Shown here piece by piece: positions 51,550-64,000 of a stretch of 64,000 nt of DNA (position 1 is its first letter; the number at the start of each line of letters is the position of its first letter). The notes under the pieces are model-generated. The model was not told where the DNA came from. It saw nothing but the letters and a program-made list of their open reading frames with translations, and did not search any database. The position numbers were made by a program, and so were the translations under genes. Source of the DNA: Paraspadella gotoi. Lineage: Eukaryota > Animalia > Chaetognatha. The stretch covers positions 9,360,764 to 9,424,763 of the forward strand of contig CM119264.1 in assembly GCA_051294375.1 (NCBI GenBank), written 5' to 3'.

Positions 51550-51598
51550 TCTCAAGATCTGAGTCTCGCTAATGTTCGTTTCACCGACGTGTTTCCAG
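51550..51598 (+). CDS. Candidate 49-nt exon of the GFR-like gene: SQDLSLANVRFTDVFP
   Basis: TTTTCAG acceptor and CAG|GTGAGA donor. Its phase 0 to 1 exactly bridges 49305 to 52546. Confidence 0.5.
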
Positions 51599-51824
51599 GT
51601 GAGAAGCGGTGGGGAGTCACCTTCGCCCAGTCTTATGGTTACTATATTTCGAAACTATGTATTTCATCGTATGATTAATTCTTTAAAAGGACAGAAATGT
51701 CCTCAAGTCCGCTACTTTATTCATAATTTAAAAGGTAAATAAAACATGACCTTCGTTGTATTTGCAATCAAACTCCGTTTAAAGCCGCAATTTGCAGAGG
51801 AAAGCTTTTCGCCAACGTCTTGAA

Positions 51825-54564
51825 NNNNNNNNNNNNNNNNNNNNNNNNNNNNNNNNNNNNNNNNNNNNNNNNNNNNNNNNNNNNNNNNNNNNNNNNNNNN
51901 NNNNNNNNNNNNNNNNNNNNNNNNNNNNNNNNNNNNNNNNNNNNNNNNNNNNNNNNNNNNNNNNNNNNNNNNNNNNNNNNNNNNNNNNNNNNNNNNNNNN
52001 NNNNNNNNNNNNNNNNNNNNNNNNNNNNNNNNNNNNNNNNNNNNNNNNNNNNNNNNNNNNNNNNNNNNNNNNNNNNNNNNNNNNNNNNNNNNNNNNNNNN
52101 NNNNNNNNNNNNNNNNNNNNNNNNNNNNNNNNNNNNNNNNNNNNNNNNNNNNNNNNNNNNNNNNNNNNNNNNNNNNNNNNNNNNNNNNNNNNNNNNNNNN
52201 NNNNNNNNNNNNNNNNNNNNNNNNNNNNNNNNNNNNNNNNNNNNNNNNNNNNNNNNNNNNNNNNNNNNNNNNNNNNNNNNNNNNNNNNNNNNNNNNNNAA
52301 AAAACAAATTATTATTCAATTTTTTTTGTCGGAAAAATAAATTGACGGAAGATTTTAATACCTTCGAGTTTATAAAGTTATTGGATTTCAAAAATTATGA
52401 ACAAAAAAATAAAACGTGAATTTTGTAGCTGTGAATAAAAAAAAGGAGCATTGCCATTGGATATAGTTTAATTTAAAATTTTTTAAAGAAGCTCAAATAA
52501 TTTTACTCAGTACTATTTAGCTTCTTTCGGCCTTTCCCCTTACAGACAACAGCTGCGTTCCGGCGTTCACCAACTGCCAGCTGGACGCCCTCTGTCGTAG
52601 CGAGATGGCGTCCTTCATGATGGCCTGCCAGATGTTGGGCCGAGAGTCCAAGTGCGACGTCGACGCCTGCAGGGAAGCCATCGTTAGGTTTTACAAGGTG
52701 AGTACGATTGCAGGGTGGGTTGCGGTCTGGTGATACACTGGGGTCGGTGAGGACTTGTTTGGTGAGTTTCGGTTGACTTGAGTGTGCGGAGGTGATGGAT
52801 GNNNNNNNNNNNNNNNNNNNNNNNNNNNNNNNNNNNNNNNNNNNNNNNNNNNNNNNNNNNNNNNNNNNNNNNNNNNNNNNNNNNNNNNNNNNNNNNNNNN
52901 NNNNNNNNNNNNNNNNNNNNNNNNNNNNNNNNNNNNNNNNNNNNNNNNNNNNNNNNNNNNNNNNNNNNNNNNNNNNNNNNNNNNNNNNNNNNNNNNNNNN
53001 NNNNNNNNNNNNNNACGCCTCCGACCCCCATTTCCTGTCTCCGCCAACTCAATCTTCTCTCATCTTTCGTCTGTTTATGTTTTCGAGTCATTTTCGATTT
53101 TGATGACATCTTTTTTTTTCTTTCCTCCTTCTCTTCCTCCCCCTCCGCTCTTTTCTTTTACTTCATTTCTTCTACTCTTTCTTTCCTCTTAATCTTCTTT
53201 CTTCATCGCTTTATCTCATTTCTTTTCCTTCATCTTCTCATCCATCAATTCCATTTCACCCTCCTAAAATCCATTCATCTTTTTTATCCAAGCTACCAAA
53301 TTAGCTTACTTCATTAATAAATTTTTAAAATGGTTTTTTTTTCCGCCATTTACATACTTAATTTCGTTTTCTTTGCCTCGATGTGAAAAAAACTCCTAAA
53401 ATTCGAAAGATACTTCCTCTTTAAATTCGAAACAAAACCTCCTCTTTATTTTATTCATTCTCTCACTCTCTCACATTCTCACTNNNNNNNNNNNNNNNNN
53501 NNNNNNNNNNNNNNNNNNNNNNNNNNNNNNNNNNNNNNNNNNNNNNNNNNNNNNNNNNNNNNNNNNNNNNNNNNNNNNNNNNNNNNNNNNNNNNNNNNNN
53601 NNNNNNNNNNNNNNNNNNNNNNNNNNNNNNNNNNNNNNNNNNNNNNNNNNNNNNNNNNNNNNNNNNNNNNNNNNNNNNNNNNNNNNNNNNNNNNNNNNNN
53701 NNCATCATCCCCTTTGCCCCTCGGAGGTCGAGATCAAAATATAGGGTCGATGACCCGGGAAACTCAGACCAGAGATGATGAAGTGCTTCTTCGTAAATAT
53801 AGAAGAGGTCGAGTCGAAACGCCCACTCCACACAAAAAAGGCCAACAAAAAAGGGCGATAGATTTCCCAGTTCACAAAAAGGAGGACAAATGCGTGTTTC
53901 CTAAATATTTCTTACATCCAGCCGTAGAGAAAATTTATTTATATCGTTTTCAATTTTTTTTTTTCAGTGTTTACTTAGATATCGCAGATACGACAATTAT
54001 ACCTGTCCTGTCCTGACCACTGTCAGTTTAAAACTAGATTAAAAAGTTATTTAACAGATTAAAACAAAGACTAAATAGAATTGCGAGTTTTCACAAAAAA
54101 AAAAANNNNNNNNNNNNNNNNNNNNNNNNNNNNNNNNNNNNNNNNNNNNNNNNNNNNNNNNNNNNNNNNNNNNNNNNNNNNNNNNNNNNNNNNNNNNNNN
54201 NNNNNNNNNNNNNNNNNNNNNNNNNNNNNNNNNNNNNNNNNNNNNNNNNNNNNNNNNNNNNNNNNNNNNNNNAGATCGAGCCGTGTTTTTAACGGCGCTA
54301 CAAAGCTTCTTTAGCCGCCAACGCAAGGCGTCCGTCTCAAGGTGACCCGCGGCGTGAAAAGCGCCGAGCACCGCCCCGAAAAGACGCCGGTTTTGATCGG
54401 AAAATTAAGAAAACTAAGTGCGCGATTAAGTTTGAGTCGAACCTATCGTCTGACATTGATGATTTTCATGAAGAGATTCAATGGTGAGAAAACGTCTTAT
54501 TGGACGATTTTCCTCCTTTCCATTTCTTCGAATCGTCTCCGATCAAAGTCTTTATGTTCTCTCG

Positions 54565-54620
<56 letters not shown>

Positions 54621-55599
54621 CCAATATGTTCCTTGAGTAGATTTCTTATTTCTTCTATGACGTCCATCAAATCTCTCCACAAACCAAATCATAAATATCG
54701 CGAGGGGAAAAGAGAAAAATAGGAAATTGAAAAGAGATCTTTGGGGAAGAAAGGGTTAGAGATTGTTTACAGATATTAAAACTTTGGCGCTCTGAAAGAA
54801 AATCCATAATACATAAATACATAAAGGACCCGAATGAAAATCATGGAAAAATATTTGGATTTGTTTATATTTCTTGTTTAATTTGGTCTATGGCTGCTGA
54901 ATAGTCTTAATAAAAAGAATGTTTCTTATTTAAATGANNNNNNNNNNNNNNNNNNNNNNNNNNNNNNNNNNNNNNNNNNNNNNNNNNNNNNNNNNNNNNN
55001 NNNNNNNNNNNNNNNNNNNNNNNNNNNNNNNNNNNNNNNNNNNNNNNNNNNNNNNNNNNNNNNNNNNNNNNNNNNNNNNNNNNNNNNNNNNNNNNNNNNN
55101 NNNNNNNNNNNNNNNNNNNNNNNNNNNNNNNNNNNNNNNNNNNNNNNNNNNNNNNNNNNNNNNNNNNNNNNNNNNNNNNNNNNNNNNNNNNNNNNNNNNN
55201 NNNNNNNNNNNNNNNNNNNNNNNNNNNNNNNNNNNNNNNNNNNNNNNNNNNNNNNNNNNNNNNNNNNNNNNNNNNNNNNNNNNNNNNNNNNNNNNNNNNN
55301 NNNNNNNNNNNNNNNNNNNNNNNNNNNNNNNNNNNNNNNNNNNNNNNNNNNNNNNNNNNNNNNNNNNNNNNNNNNNNNNNNNNNNNNNNNNNNNNNNNNN
55401 NNNNNNNNNNNNNNNNNNNNNNNNNNNNNNNNNNNNNNNNNNNNNNNNNNNNNNNNNNNNNNNNNNNNNNNNNNNNNNNNNNNNNNNNNNNNNNNNNNNN
55501 NNNNNNNNNNNNNNNNNNNNNNNNNNNNNNNNNNNNNNNNNNNNNNNNNNNNNNNNNNNNNNNNNNNNNNNNNNNNNNNNNNNNNNNNNNNNNNNNNNN
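51825..55599. other. Cluster of assembly gaps (51825-52298, 52802-53014, 53484-53702, 54106-54272, 54938-55599)
   Basis: N runs. Other gaps lie at 2079-2276, 11445-11469, 16123-16453 and 16900-17107. Confidence 1.
52546..52697 (+). CDS. Gfrl: GDNF family receptor alpha-like protein, GDNF/GAS1 domain exon: (D)NSCVPAFTNCQLDALCRSEMASFMMACQMLGRESKCDVDACREAIVRFYK
   Basis: Acceptor CCTTTCCCCTTACAG, donor AAG|GTGAGT and high GC3. The Cys spacing C-x6-C-x5-C-x10-C-x8-C-x4-C, with CxxDxxCRS and CREAIxxFY motifs, matches the N-terminal part of the GDNF/GAS1 domain (Pfam PF02351), judged from memory of the family. Confidence 0.88.
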
Positions 55600-58500
55600 G
55601 ATAGGGATGAATAAATGGCGCGCGCCATCATTTTTTGCCCGGCGCTACTATCGATCTGGCGTTACTTTCTTTATGATGTCAATAAGTCGTAGATCCCGAG
55701 ATCCGGAAGGAGAGAGAGAAAAAAAAAGAAAAGGAGAAAAATAAAAAGGGAGAAAAAGAAAAAGAGAGAACAAGAAAACGGGAGAAAAAAAAGAGAAAGG
55801 AGAACAAGGGAGAAGGAGAAAAATAGAGAAAAGGAAAAAGGGAGAAAAAGAAAAAGAGAGAAAAAGGAAAAAGGGAGAAAAAGTAAAAGAGAGTAAAAGA
55901 AAAAGGGAGAAAATATGGCGACGGCGAAGCAGACGATAAATCAGTCGCGTTATTGCGACGCCAGTTTATTTCTTTGCTTTCGCCGCTCAAAAGTCGAGTG
56001 AGTGGGATGTGGGAATGTGTACTGTGGTGGTGTGGCTGCGTGTGAATCTTATGAATTCTTATGTATAATTAAATGATTTTATTATCAAATTTATAGACGC
56101 TTTTGAATATACTTAGCAGTCTATCTCTCTCTTCTTCTCTCTCTCTCGCATCTCTCTCTCTCATCTCCTCTCTCTCCTCTCTCTCTCCCTAGCCCTACTC
56201 TTCCTCCTCCCTCTCTTCCTCTCTTTCTCCGGCGAATATTTGCGATGTTTTTTCTTTTTTTTTCAGATTGTTTTCCCAAGTGTGCTACAGTTTTTTCAGT
56301 GGCCTTCGTAGATGCAATAGAGGGGAATGATGCCACTTAGTATAAAAAAAGATGAATATATGAGGAGTGAGACGGAAAAGAAAATGCAAACGAAAGTAAT
56401 TATGATCAAAGTATTGAAATAAAGAATATCATTGAGAAAAAAAAGAAAACAAGAATGAAAAAACAGAAAAAAAACAACAAACAAAACGCAGAAAAAAAAA
56501 GGCAATTAAAGAAAAAGTTTAACAAAAATTGAAAATGAAACAAAAGAATAAAGATAAAAAAAGATAAATGAAAAGGTAAAAAAAAAGAAAGATAATTAAG
56601 AGCTGGGGTGTGTTTAAAAATTATAGTTCTTCGAACGTATAAAAATGCGTAAGAATAAATACCAAAAAGACAACTAAAAGCCAAAATAGCCCTGAGAAAA
56701 ATGGAAAACCAAAGGAATATGAATAAAGGGTGGAAAAAAAAAGTTAAGCGGAGCGGCGAGTAGGCGCCTGATCCTTTACTCGCTCTAACTGGTACTCCCT
56801 CTCTTCCACCTCATTGCCACCTTTTGTTTTTTTACTTAAACCCCCCCCACTTTTCCATCGCAGTAAGAAATGGAATGCACCCACCCTGTTCTTCGCAGTT
56901 CAATACCCTTCCCTCTCCGGATCGCCAGCGCTCTCGTTCTTCCTCTCACCCCCTCTCCCTCCGGCCCCCTTCCTCCTCCCACTCGGGCTCCCCAAGCCTC
57001 CCGGTCTTCCTCCTCCCACCCCGGACTCGTGATGAGGTCACTACGCACCCCGTCCTCCTCCAAGTCTTGCCTCCGTCTCCTACGCGGTTTCCCCTCTGCG
57101 ATTGACGTCGTCGCCGTGGAAAAACCGAGTTGCAAAGAGGGGGGAGGGAGGGGAAGAAGCTCAGAGAAGACGAGGGATTAAGGGGGGGAAGGGGAGTGAA
57201 TGCAGAGGGAGGGAAGAGAAGAGAGAAGGGAGGAGGGGGAGAAGGCGAAGAGAAAGAGGGAGGGGGAGAGGGGGGAAGCGTTAGCGAGAGAGATGGGGGA
57301 ATAGGAAGAGAGACGGAAGGGTAGAAGAAGAGAGGATGAGAGGAGGAGGAAGGGGGAGACGTGAGAGGAGGGGGAACGAGAGGGAGATGAGGAGAGGAAA
57401 GAGAGAGAGAGGGTAAGGGCGTAGAAGCTGAGAGAGCGTGTGGAGGAAGAGTAGGCAGAAAGAAGAAGAAAAGAAAGCGTAGAGATAGATGAATAGAGGT
57501 AAGGAGAGATTTAACAAAAAATAAAGAATGAAAAGGGAACATAATTAAGAAAGAAAAAAGAAAGAAGATAAGAAAGAAAGATAAATAAGAAAAAGAATAA
57601 GAAAGAAGAAGATAGAAGAAAGAATAAAAGAAGAAGAAGAAAGAGAAAGAGAGAAAGAAAGCAGTGAAAGAAAGGAAAGAAAGAGAGAACATAGGAAAAG
57701 GAGCCAGCCTCCAGACCAAATGAGCAGGAAAGAAGTGGAAAAGGAGACGAGACCGAAGGATGCTGAGAAAGGAAAGACGCATTGCTGGAGGAAGAACAAA
57801 TGCGCTGCCAGGAGAGAGAAGAGAGAGAGAAGACGAGAGAGAGAGAGAGAGAGAGAGGAGAGGAGAGAGGGAGAGAGAGAGAGAGGGGGAAAAGATTATG
57901 GAGAGAAGCGAGATTGAATTAACCTCGCAGTGAGAGTAGTTTCAGGTTACGGAACGAATGAATTGTTTTTCAAATCTGTCTTAATGGGAAACCAAAAAAA
58001 AAAATTGACAAAAAATATTGGAAATTTTAATTAAATGAAATGTGAGACGATATGTAATTACGTATATGAAAAATTTTGACCCTAATTAGAAAAAAAAATT
58101 ATTGGATTTTGTTTTCTTAAAAAACCGCTATTACAACTTTTCAAATATTTTTTTTATTCCTGATTATTATAATACAGCGCCAAAATGTATATCTCAACAG
58201 AATTTTAGTTTGTCTTGATTTCGAAAAAAAAAAAAACAAAACTTGAGTACAATGCGTCGCCGATTTTCGGATTGTTTATCGTCGGTTGTTGTTGTTGTGT
58301 TTCCAACGTTAACGAGAAAAATATTTTTGATAACACGGATTTCAAGTTAAATGCAGATATAAGGGATTAATTTCTGTGCTGCTAAAATTATTTGTTGCGT
58401 GATATAATATTTCACTGACATTTTTTTATTTTCCAACTCCCAGAGATTTGTTTTCCCTTATCTTAGTTTATGTGCTCTATCAATGGCATGGTCGAATCTT

Positions 58501-58649
58501 TCCAAAAACGCAAAAATTTTAGCATTTTTGAAAAGGAACCTTTCTGATATATTTTTATTGAATAAAATGAAAATTTTCGGTTCATTTTTACAAATATAGA
58601 CTTATTGGTAGGGTCTGACGTTCGTTTTTGCTTAGACGATCGGGAGATG

Positions 58650-59070
58650 CTTTTTTCATTTGGAAACTTTGCCTGTTCAAATCTTTGAAACTACCGGAGA
58701 ACAATATAAACGCTACCTGCGTAAAAAATTGCTGTAAATCATCGATGTTAATAAACACTTGATTTCCGATCCTAGTTGCATCTCGATCATGGCTGACTCG
58801 CATTTTTTTTCTCTTGGTCAAATCGATCAACCTGATCTTGATATCAAACAAGCCAGGAACAAAATAGACTGCTTCTGACGGAAACATTTGCCGATCTCTG
58901 ATTTTTATCATAGAAATGAAAGTTGATTTTTCCCTGAAACGAAATTTATAATAACGTGACTGAGGCTATGTGTCCTATTCATACCAAAGTTGATGGTCCA
59001 CATGTGTGTGGAATCCTGCGCAAAGTGTCCGAAAAGGCTCTCAAAATTTTTCTTACATTTCTCTTTGGTC
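58650..59070 (+). pseudogene. Possible decayed coding fragment of unknown (TE or viral?) origin
   Basis: High-complexity block that reads LETLPVQIFETTGEQYKRYLRKKLL*IIDVNKHLISDPSC...IDCF*RKHLP with scattered stops. No family recognised. Confidence 0.25.
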
Positions 59071-60310
59071 TTAGTTTGATATGATGTACGTGATCTTATG
59101 GTTAAAGCTGAATTAGTCCATTTGGTGGACAATTTTTATTAAAGTAAAAGTAAAAAGAGGAGCTATATCGATCGCGAATTCTAAAGTAGTTTAATCAAAC
59201 CGGGAGTTCAGATTTCGGGAAAAATCTTTCTTTATGCGAGAAATCTTCCAAAAGCGAGAAGGGGTGGTATTTTCGAAGATTTTGGTTCTTAATATTTCTC
59301 TATATTTTATGGGGTTGGATTTTTTTGCAACGCGTATATTAACAGATATTGCATTCATTCTAGCCTTGGCCGGTATAAAGGTAATATAGTAAAAACCTCG
59401 GGCGTTTGTCGTCAGAGCTTACGTCCCCTCAACATTGGAGTATGATTGTCTGAGCTAATTCTTGAATGTGGAAAAAGCTTTTTTAATTTTTATATTTTTC
59501 TGAGTTAAAACTTAAAAAAAGACATAACTAATAAGTTTATTTTTTGCATGCTCCCAAGATATGTATTCTAACTAATGAATGTAAAAGAATTTAAAATATG
59601 TCGTTTAAAATTTGATAACCTATCAAAAATAGCAGGGAAAATGTTGCAAAAATAAGCTTCTTAAAGGCAGGCGCACCAATCGAGTTGCTCTGATAATAAA
59701 GTATTATCAATCTTGCTTTTATTTTTATAGGACACATAACAGTCTGTCAAGAATGAGTGTATAACAAGTTCCTTTCATTTAACTCACGATTTTGAAATCC
59801 GTCTCTATCAGACGAGCATGAGAGAGAGATAGAGAGAGACGAGGAGAGAATGAGAGACGAATCTCTGAGAGAGATATCGTCGGAGGACTTGGGATGAGAT
59901 AGGATGAGATGAGCCGAGCCTTGAGCCAGGCATGCCCGTTGGAGCTAGTATTACATGGACTAGCGTCCCTGTCTAACGGATGCGATGGTCGTGACTGGAA
60001 GGGTAGAAGGACAGAGGGTGTGAAGAGGAGGAGAAGGAGAAGAGGAAAGGGGAGAGACAAATAGGAGAGACGGTCAGAATTAGTGATAAAATATTAGGTT
60101 GACGAAAACAATAGCCGTGTAGACCGAGGATTTAAAAGAAGATTTGGAAAAACTTAAAAAGTATGTAGGGGAAATTAGATAGAGAAGTAGATAATAAAGT
60201 TAGAGAAAAATAGAGAACAAAAAAAGAGAAGTTGAGACAAAGAGAAGTAGATTCTTTCTCTTTCGTCTCGCTTTTATGACTTTTCTTCGGTTCTAGATTT
60301 TTTTCGGTAG

Positions 60311-60441
60311 GTTCGGACGGCGGCGAGATGATTTTCGCCGCCTGCCTGGCCGCTGCCGCTTGCCTCTGCTGGGCTGTCGCCGCTGCACTCGCCTCGATTT
60401 TTACTGTTTGTTTTCGACCCAATCACATCGGAGATAAATAG
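60311..60441 (+). CDS. Hydrophobic membrane-anchor exon (GPI signal or TM helix): (G)SDGGEMIFAACLAAAACLCWAVAAALASIFTVCFRPNHIGDK*
   Basis: T-rich acceptor TTTTTTTCGGTAG, phase 1, GC-rich, with ~29 uncharged residues. It lies on the same strand downstream of the GDNF-domain exon; assignment to that gene is inferred. Confidence 0.6.
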
Positions 60442-62291
60442 GTTGAGGTCAAGGGCCGTGAGCATCAACGCTGACGTGAGGCAGTCCCGAGACTTCACAG
60501 ACGAACATGGACAATTTGACATTGCTGGCCCCATTAGCCCTTGGATGCCTTCGACAGCAACTCTTCCATTGATATCACATGTAACGAACCTAAGATTCAC
60601 CAATGGAAAAATCAGGTGATCTCCTTCAAATATTTTAAAAACCCACCCTCAACAAGTCCTTAAAAAAATCAATAACTCTTTTGATTTAGTTTATTATACT
60701 CTTATCTTAGTTTTTTTATTAAATAAGCAAAACGATATATAACACAATTGTTAAGTACAAAATCAGTAACGGTAATCAATAACAAACGTGAAAAAGACTG
60801 TATAGTGTTAGTGTCTTTAAGTCATATTATCAAGTCTGATACATATCATATGCAATATTCCTCAAATTCCACTTTAGAAAAAATGTTTAATTCACGATGA
60901 ATCCTTACGTATTATTTCAGTGTGACACGCCCTTTAACCCCTTGGTGGAACTCTTGCGGCGAGAGATCGTATTCTAAGTGGTGAGGGATAAAAAGGAAAT
61001 GAGTTGATAAATCGGTGATTGAGTAGAGTGAGTAAAAGAGAGATTGCGTGAAACGATGATTTAAAAAAAGAGAAAAGAAGAAGAAAGAAAAATTGGCGAT
61101 ACTGACGACGACGACGACGACGACGAAGCAAAAAAACAAAAAAAAAAACGATTATAAAAGTAAGAAAAGTGATTGCAGTTCTTAAATTTGGTTGCTTCGC
61201 TGTTTCGATTTAAAATATACTCTAAATTATGTTAATAAAAAAATATCGCGACAAAAATAAATCTGTTGAGAGTCGCAACGAAGGATTAGGCATTCAATTT
61301 GGCGTTTTCTCCTTTGACTGGTACAAGTGTAATCTTTAAATTGATCTGTACCGTCGTACTATGATAATAATTCTACTATTTGTATCATAGTGATTTATTT
61401 CTCTCACTTTTACAAGTGAGTTTTAAAATGTTGCTTCTTCCAGCAAAAAAAACCAAAGATCGACGTTGTAAACCTCAATTAATATTATTAAGCTTGAAAT
61501 AAAATATATAAAGAAGTATCTTATTCTAACATTTTTTAATGAATTATTTTTTTTTATTGAAAACAAGACACAGTTGGTTATCGAATTCCGTAAAATTCGC
61601 CGCTAATGCGACCGAGTTATTTTCCGTCTTAATTGTATTTAAAGACTTTTTTGGAAAATCGATTTCGGGGTTTTTTCGACGGGAGGGAGGGGGGTTCAAG
61701 ATGGAGAGAGAGTATGCAGAAAGATAGATAGAGAGTGAGACAGAAGTGGGAGAGAAACGGATTATAAGAAAAAAGGAGTTTAAACACTTTGTCTATTTAT
61801 TGGAGTGTAATAACCATGTTTCAGGTTAAATTAATTCGTAATGTTGCTATTCAAATTATTGTTAGGGCAGATACTTATCTCTCTCAAGTCAACAAAACAA
61901 GGTTTTTGTTTTTCTCAGAGGCAAAAAAACTTTGTCGAAACTAAAACAGCCGAGATCGTCGTCGTTCGCTCGTCATTGTTGCTGCCTGATGGACGAAGCC
62001 CAGGGCAATGACTGGGAAACAATATAACAAAAACGCTTATGAATAAGAATAATGACGGTAAAAAATCACTATATTTTAGTATTTTTATTTTTATACTGTT
62101 TATTCTCATACTATAATCGCTTCATTTACCCATGTTGAAATAAATATTGAGTCCTTCGCCGCTAATGGGTCAAAATTCGGGAAAACAAGTTATCGAATTC
62201 GATGGACGGTGTGATGTTGAGTGAACGAAGCACAGTCAGAGGGCTCAATGGACTTGTGGAACAATTGTTGGATTAGCTTTTTCTTTTACAG

Positions 62292-62346
62292 GAGAGCTTC
62301 TATAAAAGAGTTTTATAGATGCTGACGATCTCGCCGCGGTGCTCTG
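62292..62346 (+). other. Exon-like segment (short terminal coding RASIKEFYRC* or non-coding)
   Basis: Strong acceptor TTTTTCTTTTACAG and donor TG|GTAAGA, with stops in all three frames. Another strong acceptor follows at 62980. Confidence 0.45.
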
Positions 62347-64000
62347 GTAAGAATTGGAAAGGCGCTGAAGACTCGTGATTCAGTTATACACCTAAATAAG
62401 CTCGTCTCCGTCTCCACCTCCAAGCGTAAGTCAATAGATAATGTGCTCACGACGTGGTACAGACAGCGAAGATGGATAAAACAGATTCTGTTGTGAAACA
62501 GTGTCTGGAATATCCTTTCGGACCAGACCCGCGGTTAGGTAAACACTCACGACATCCTCCGGTGCGTTTGGTTTAACCTGTTCTCATTATAAATTGCACC
62601 AGAAGAGTGAAAAGGATTTAGACATTTAACTAATCTTTTTGATGTATAGATAAAAATGTTCCTCATACTCTCCTTTTACTTTCTCGGTGGACTTTTTGTG
62701 CTTGTTTTGGTTAGTTATTTTTTTTCCATGCTGATAATATATCAATGTGTTCTCTCGCCGTCCCTTTTTTTGTTGTGTATGTTCCAGACTGTGAAATTAT
62801 AGCGTTTTGAATGAGATTTCGGTAATGTATAGCGTAGCAGACGTAAGGTTTATAATCGGTCCCAGGAATCTCGCGTCTACTTACGTGCTTTCACTTTCGT
62901 TGCACTCCTCTCTGTAATATCTTTTCAGCTCAGATTTACATTTTATATATATACACTATGTGTTGTTTGTTTCTTTTCAGGAGCGCGGATATTTCAGACT
63001 ATGCTGACGAGAAAAGGTCTAAGAGATGTCAACCTATATCGAAAGAACTTAAAATTTGTAAACTTTGTTTCATGACTTCAAAGGAGAGAGAGAAGAAAAG
63101 AGGAGGGATATCGGAGAATTAATTAAGAACCATGGTAGAAATGAAAGAGACTCTCGGTGAGTGGAAATCCGACTGATCGACTATTATTTTCTTTAGAACT
63201 TTTGTGGTATTGGAAAAATGGGATAGTGTTCCTCTATGTGTGGGGCTATTCTGCATATTGTTTGGCCAAAGTTCTGGTGTTTCGTTTTGATATTTTCGCG
63301 AGGTGAAATGTTGAAGAGTTAATTAAAGAAAAAAAGAAAACATTGTTATTCGAAAAAGAAACCGTTTCTTCGATGATGATGAAGTGTAAATGCTTGCAAG
63401 ACCCGTGTATGAATACTTATAAAACGAAGAAACTATTGCCATTTGGAAAAGACAGAATTTTATAAGTGAAAATAAGGACTGAATTAAGCTCAACCAAAAC
63501 CTAGATAAAATGAACAAAGGCGCGAGGCAGTAGTTCGCCAATTATTAGTTGTCTCGCCCTGAGTGTGTAACCTTTATATTACAATTATCTGAATGGTGAA
63601 AAAATGCTGCTCTGCCATATCAAGTTTATTATGTATATGACTGTTATATATGTAATAATCTCTAGCTCGCACTTTTAATTTGAAAACTATATTCTTTTTC
63701 ACCATAGTAGTTTTATAGAGGAATGTGATAGGTGGAATGTCATATTTCTTGATAGTGGATCCCAGAGAAACGTATGTAATGACTCATTTTGGACAATTTA
63801 CAGAATTCGTGTTTCTCAACGAAGATCTATCTAACTCGGCCATTGCTATACTGAATTTTTTCTCTCTTAACTCAAAATAAAATATTATTTACTTAATTAA
63901 AATAATTATACAAGATAAAGGTAAGTCAAACAGTTCATCAGAGCTTCAGCGCCGACGAGATTTATAATGGAGACTAGGCGAATCACATAGTCACGGACAA

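Overview
AT-rich, CpG-undepleted, microsatellite-dense DNA from a draft eukaryotic assembly, with nine N-gaps and indel-rich stretches that look like long-read gap fill. It is most likely from a bilaterian invertebrate. Nearly all of the supplied ORFs are (GA/CT)n or (GAC)n artefacts. One exon is clearly recognisable: 52546-52697 (+) encodes the first six cysteines of a GDNF/GAS1 (GFR-alpha-type) domain. Phase-compatible GT-AG exons extend it into a candidate Gfrl-like gene: signal-peptide exon 19793-19856, a ~29 kb first intron, exons 49235-49305 and 51550-51598, and a hydrophobic anchor exon at 60311. The middle exons cannot be found. A small three-exon orphan membrane-protein gene runs divergently (18561 to 16497, minus strand). 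The most notable observations are a textbook recursive-splicing (AG|GTAAGT) site in the long intron and a possible transmembrane plus cytoplasmic tail on the GFR-like protein. There is also a ~4 kb duplication that is probably an assembly artefact, and several composite repeats. I found no rRNA, intact tRNA, CRISPR array or intact transposase, and nothing here establishes a novel system without RNA evidence.
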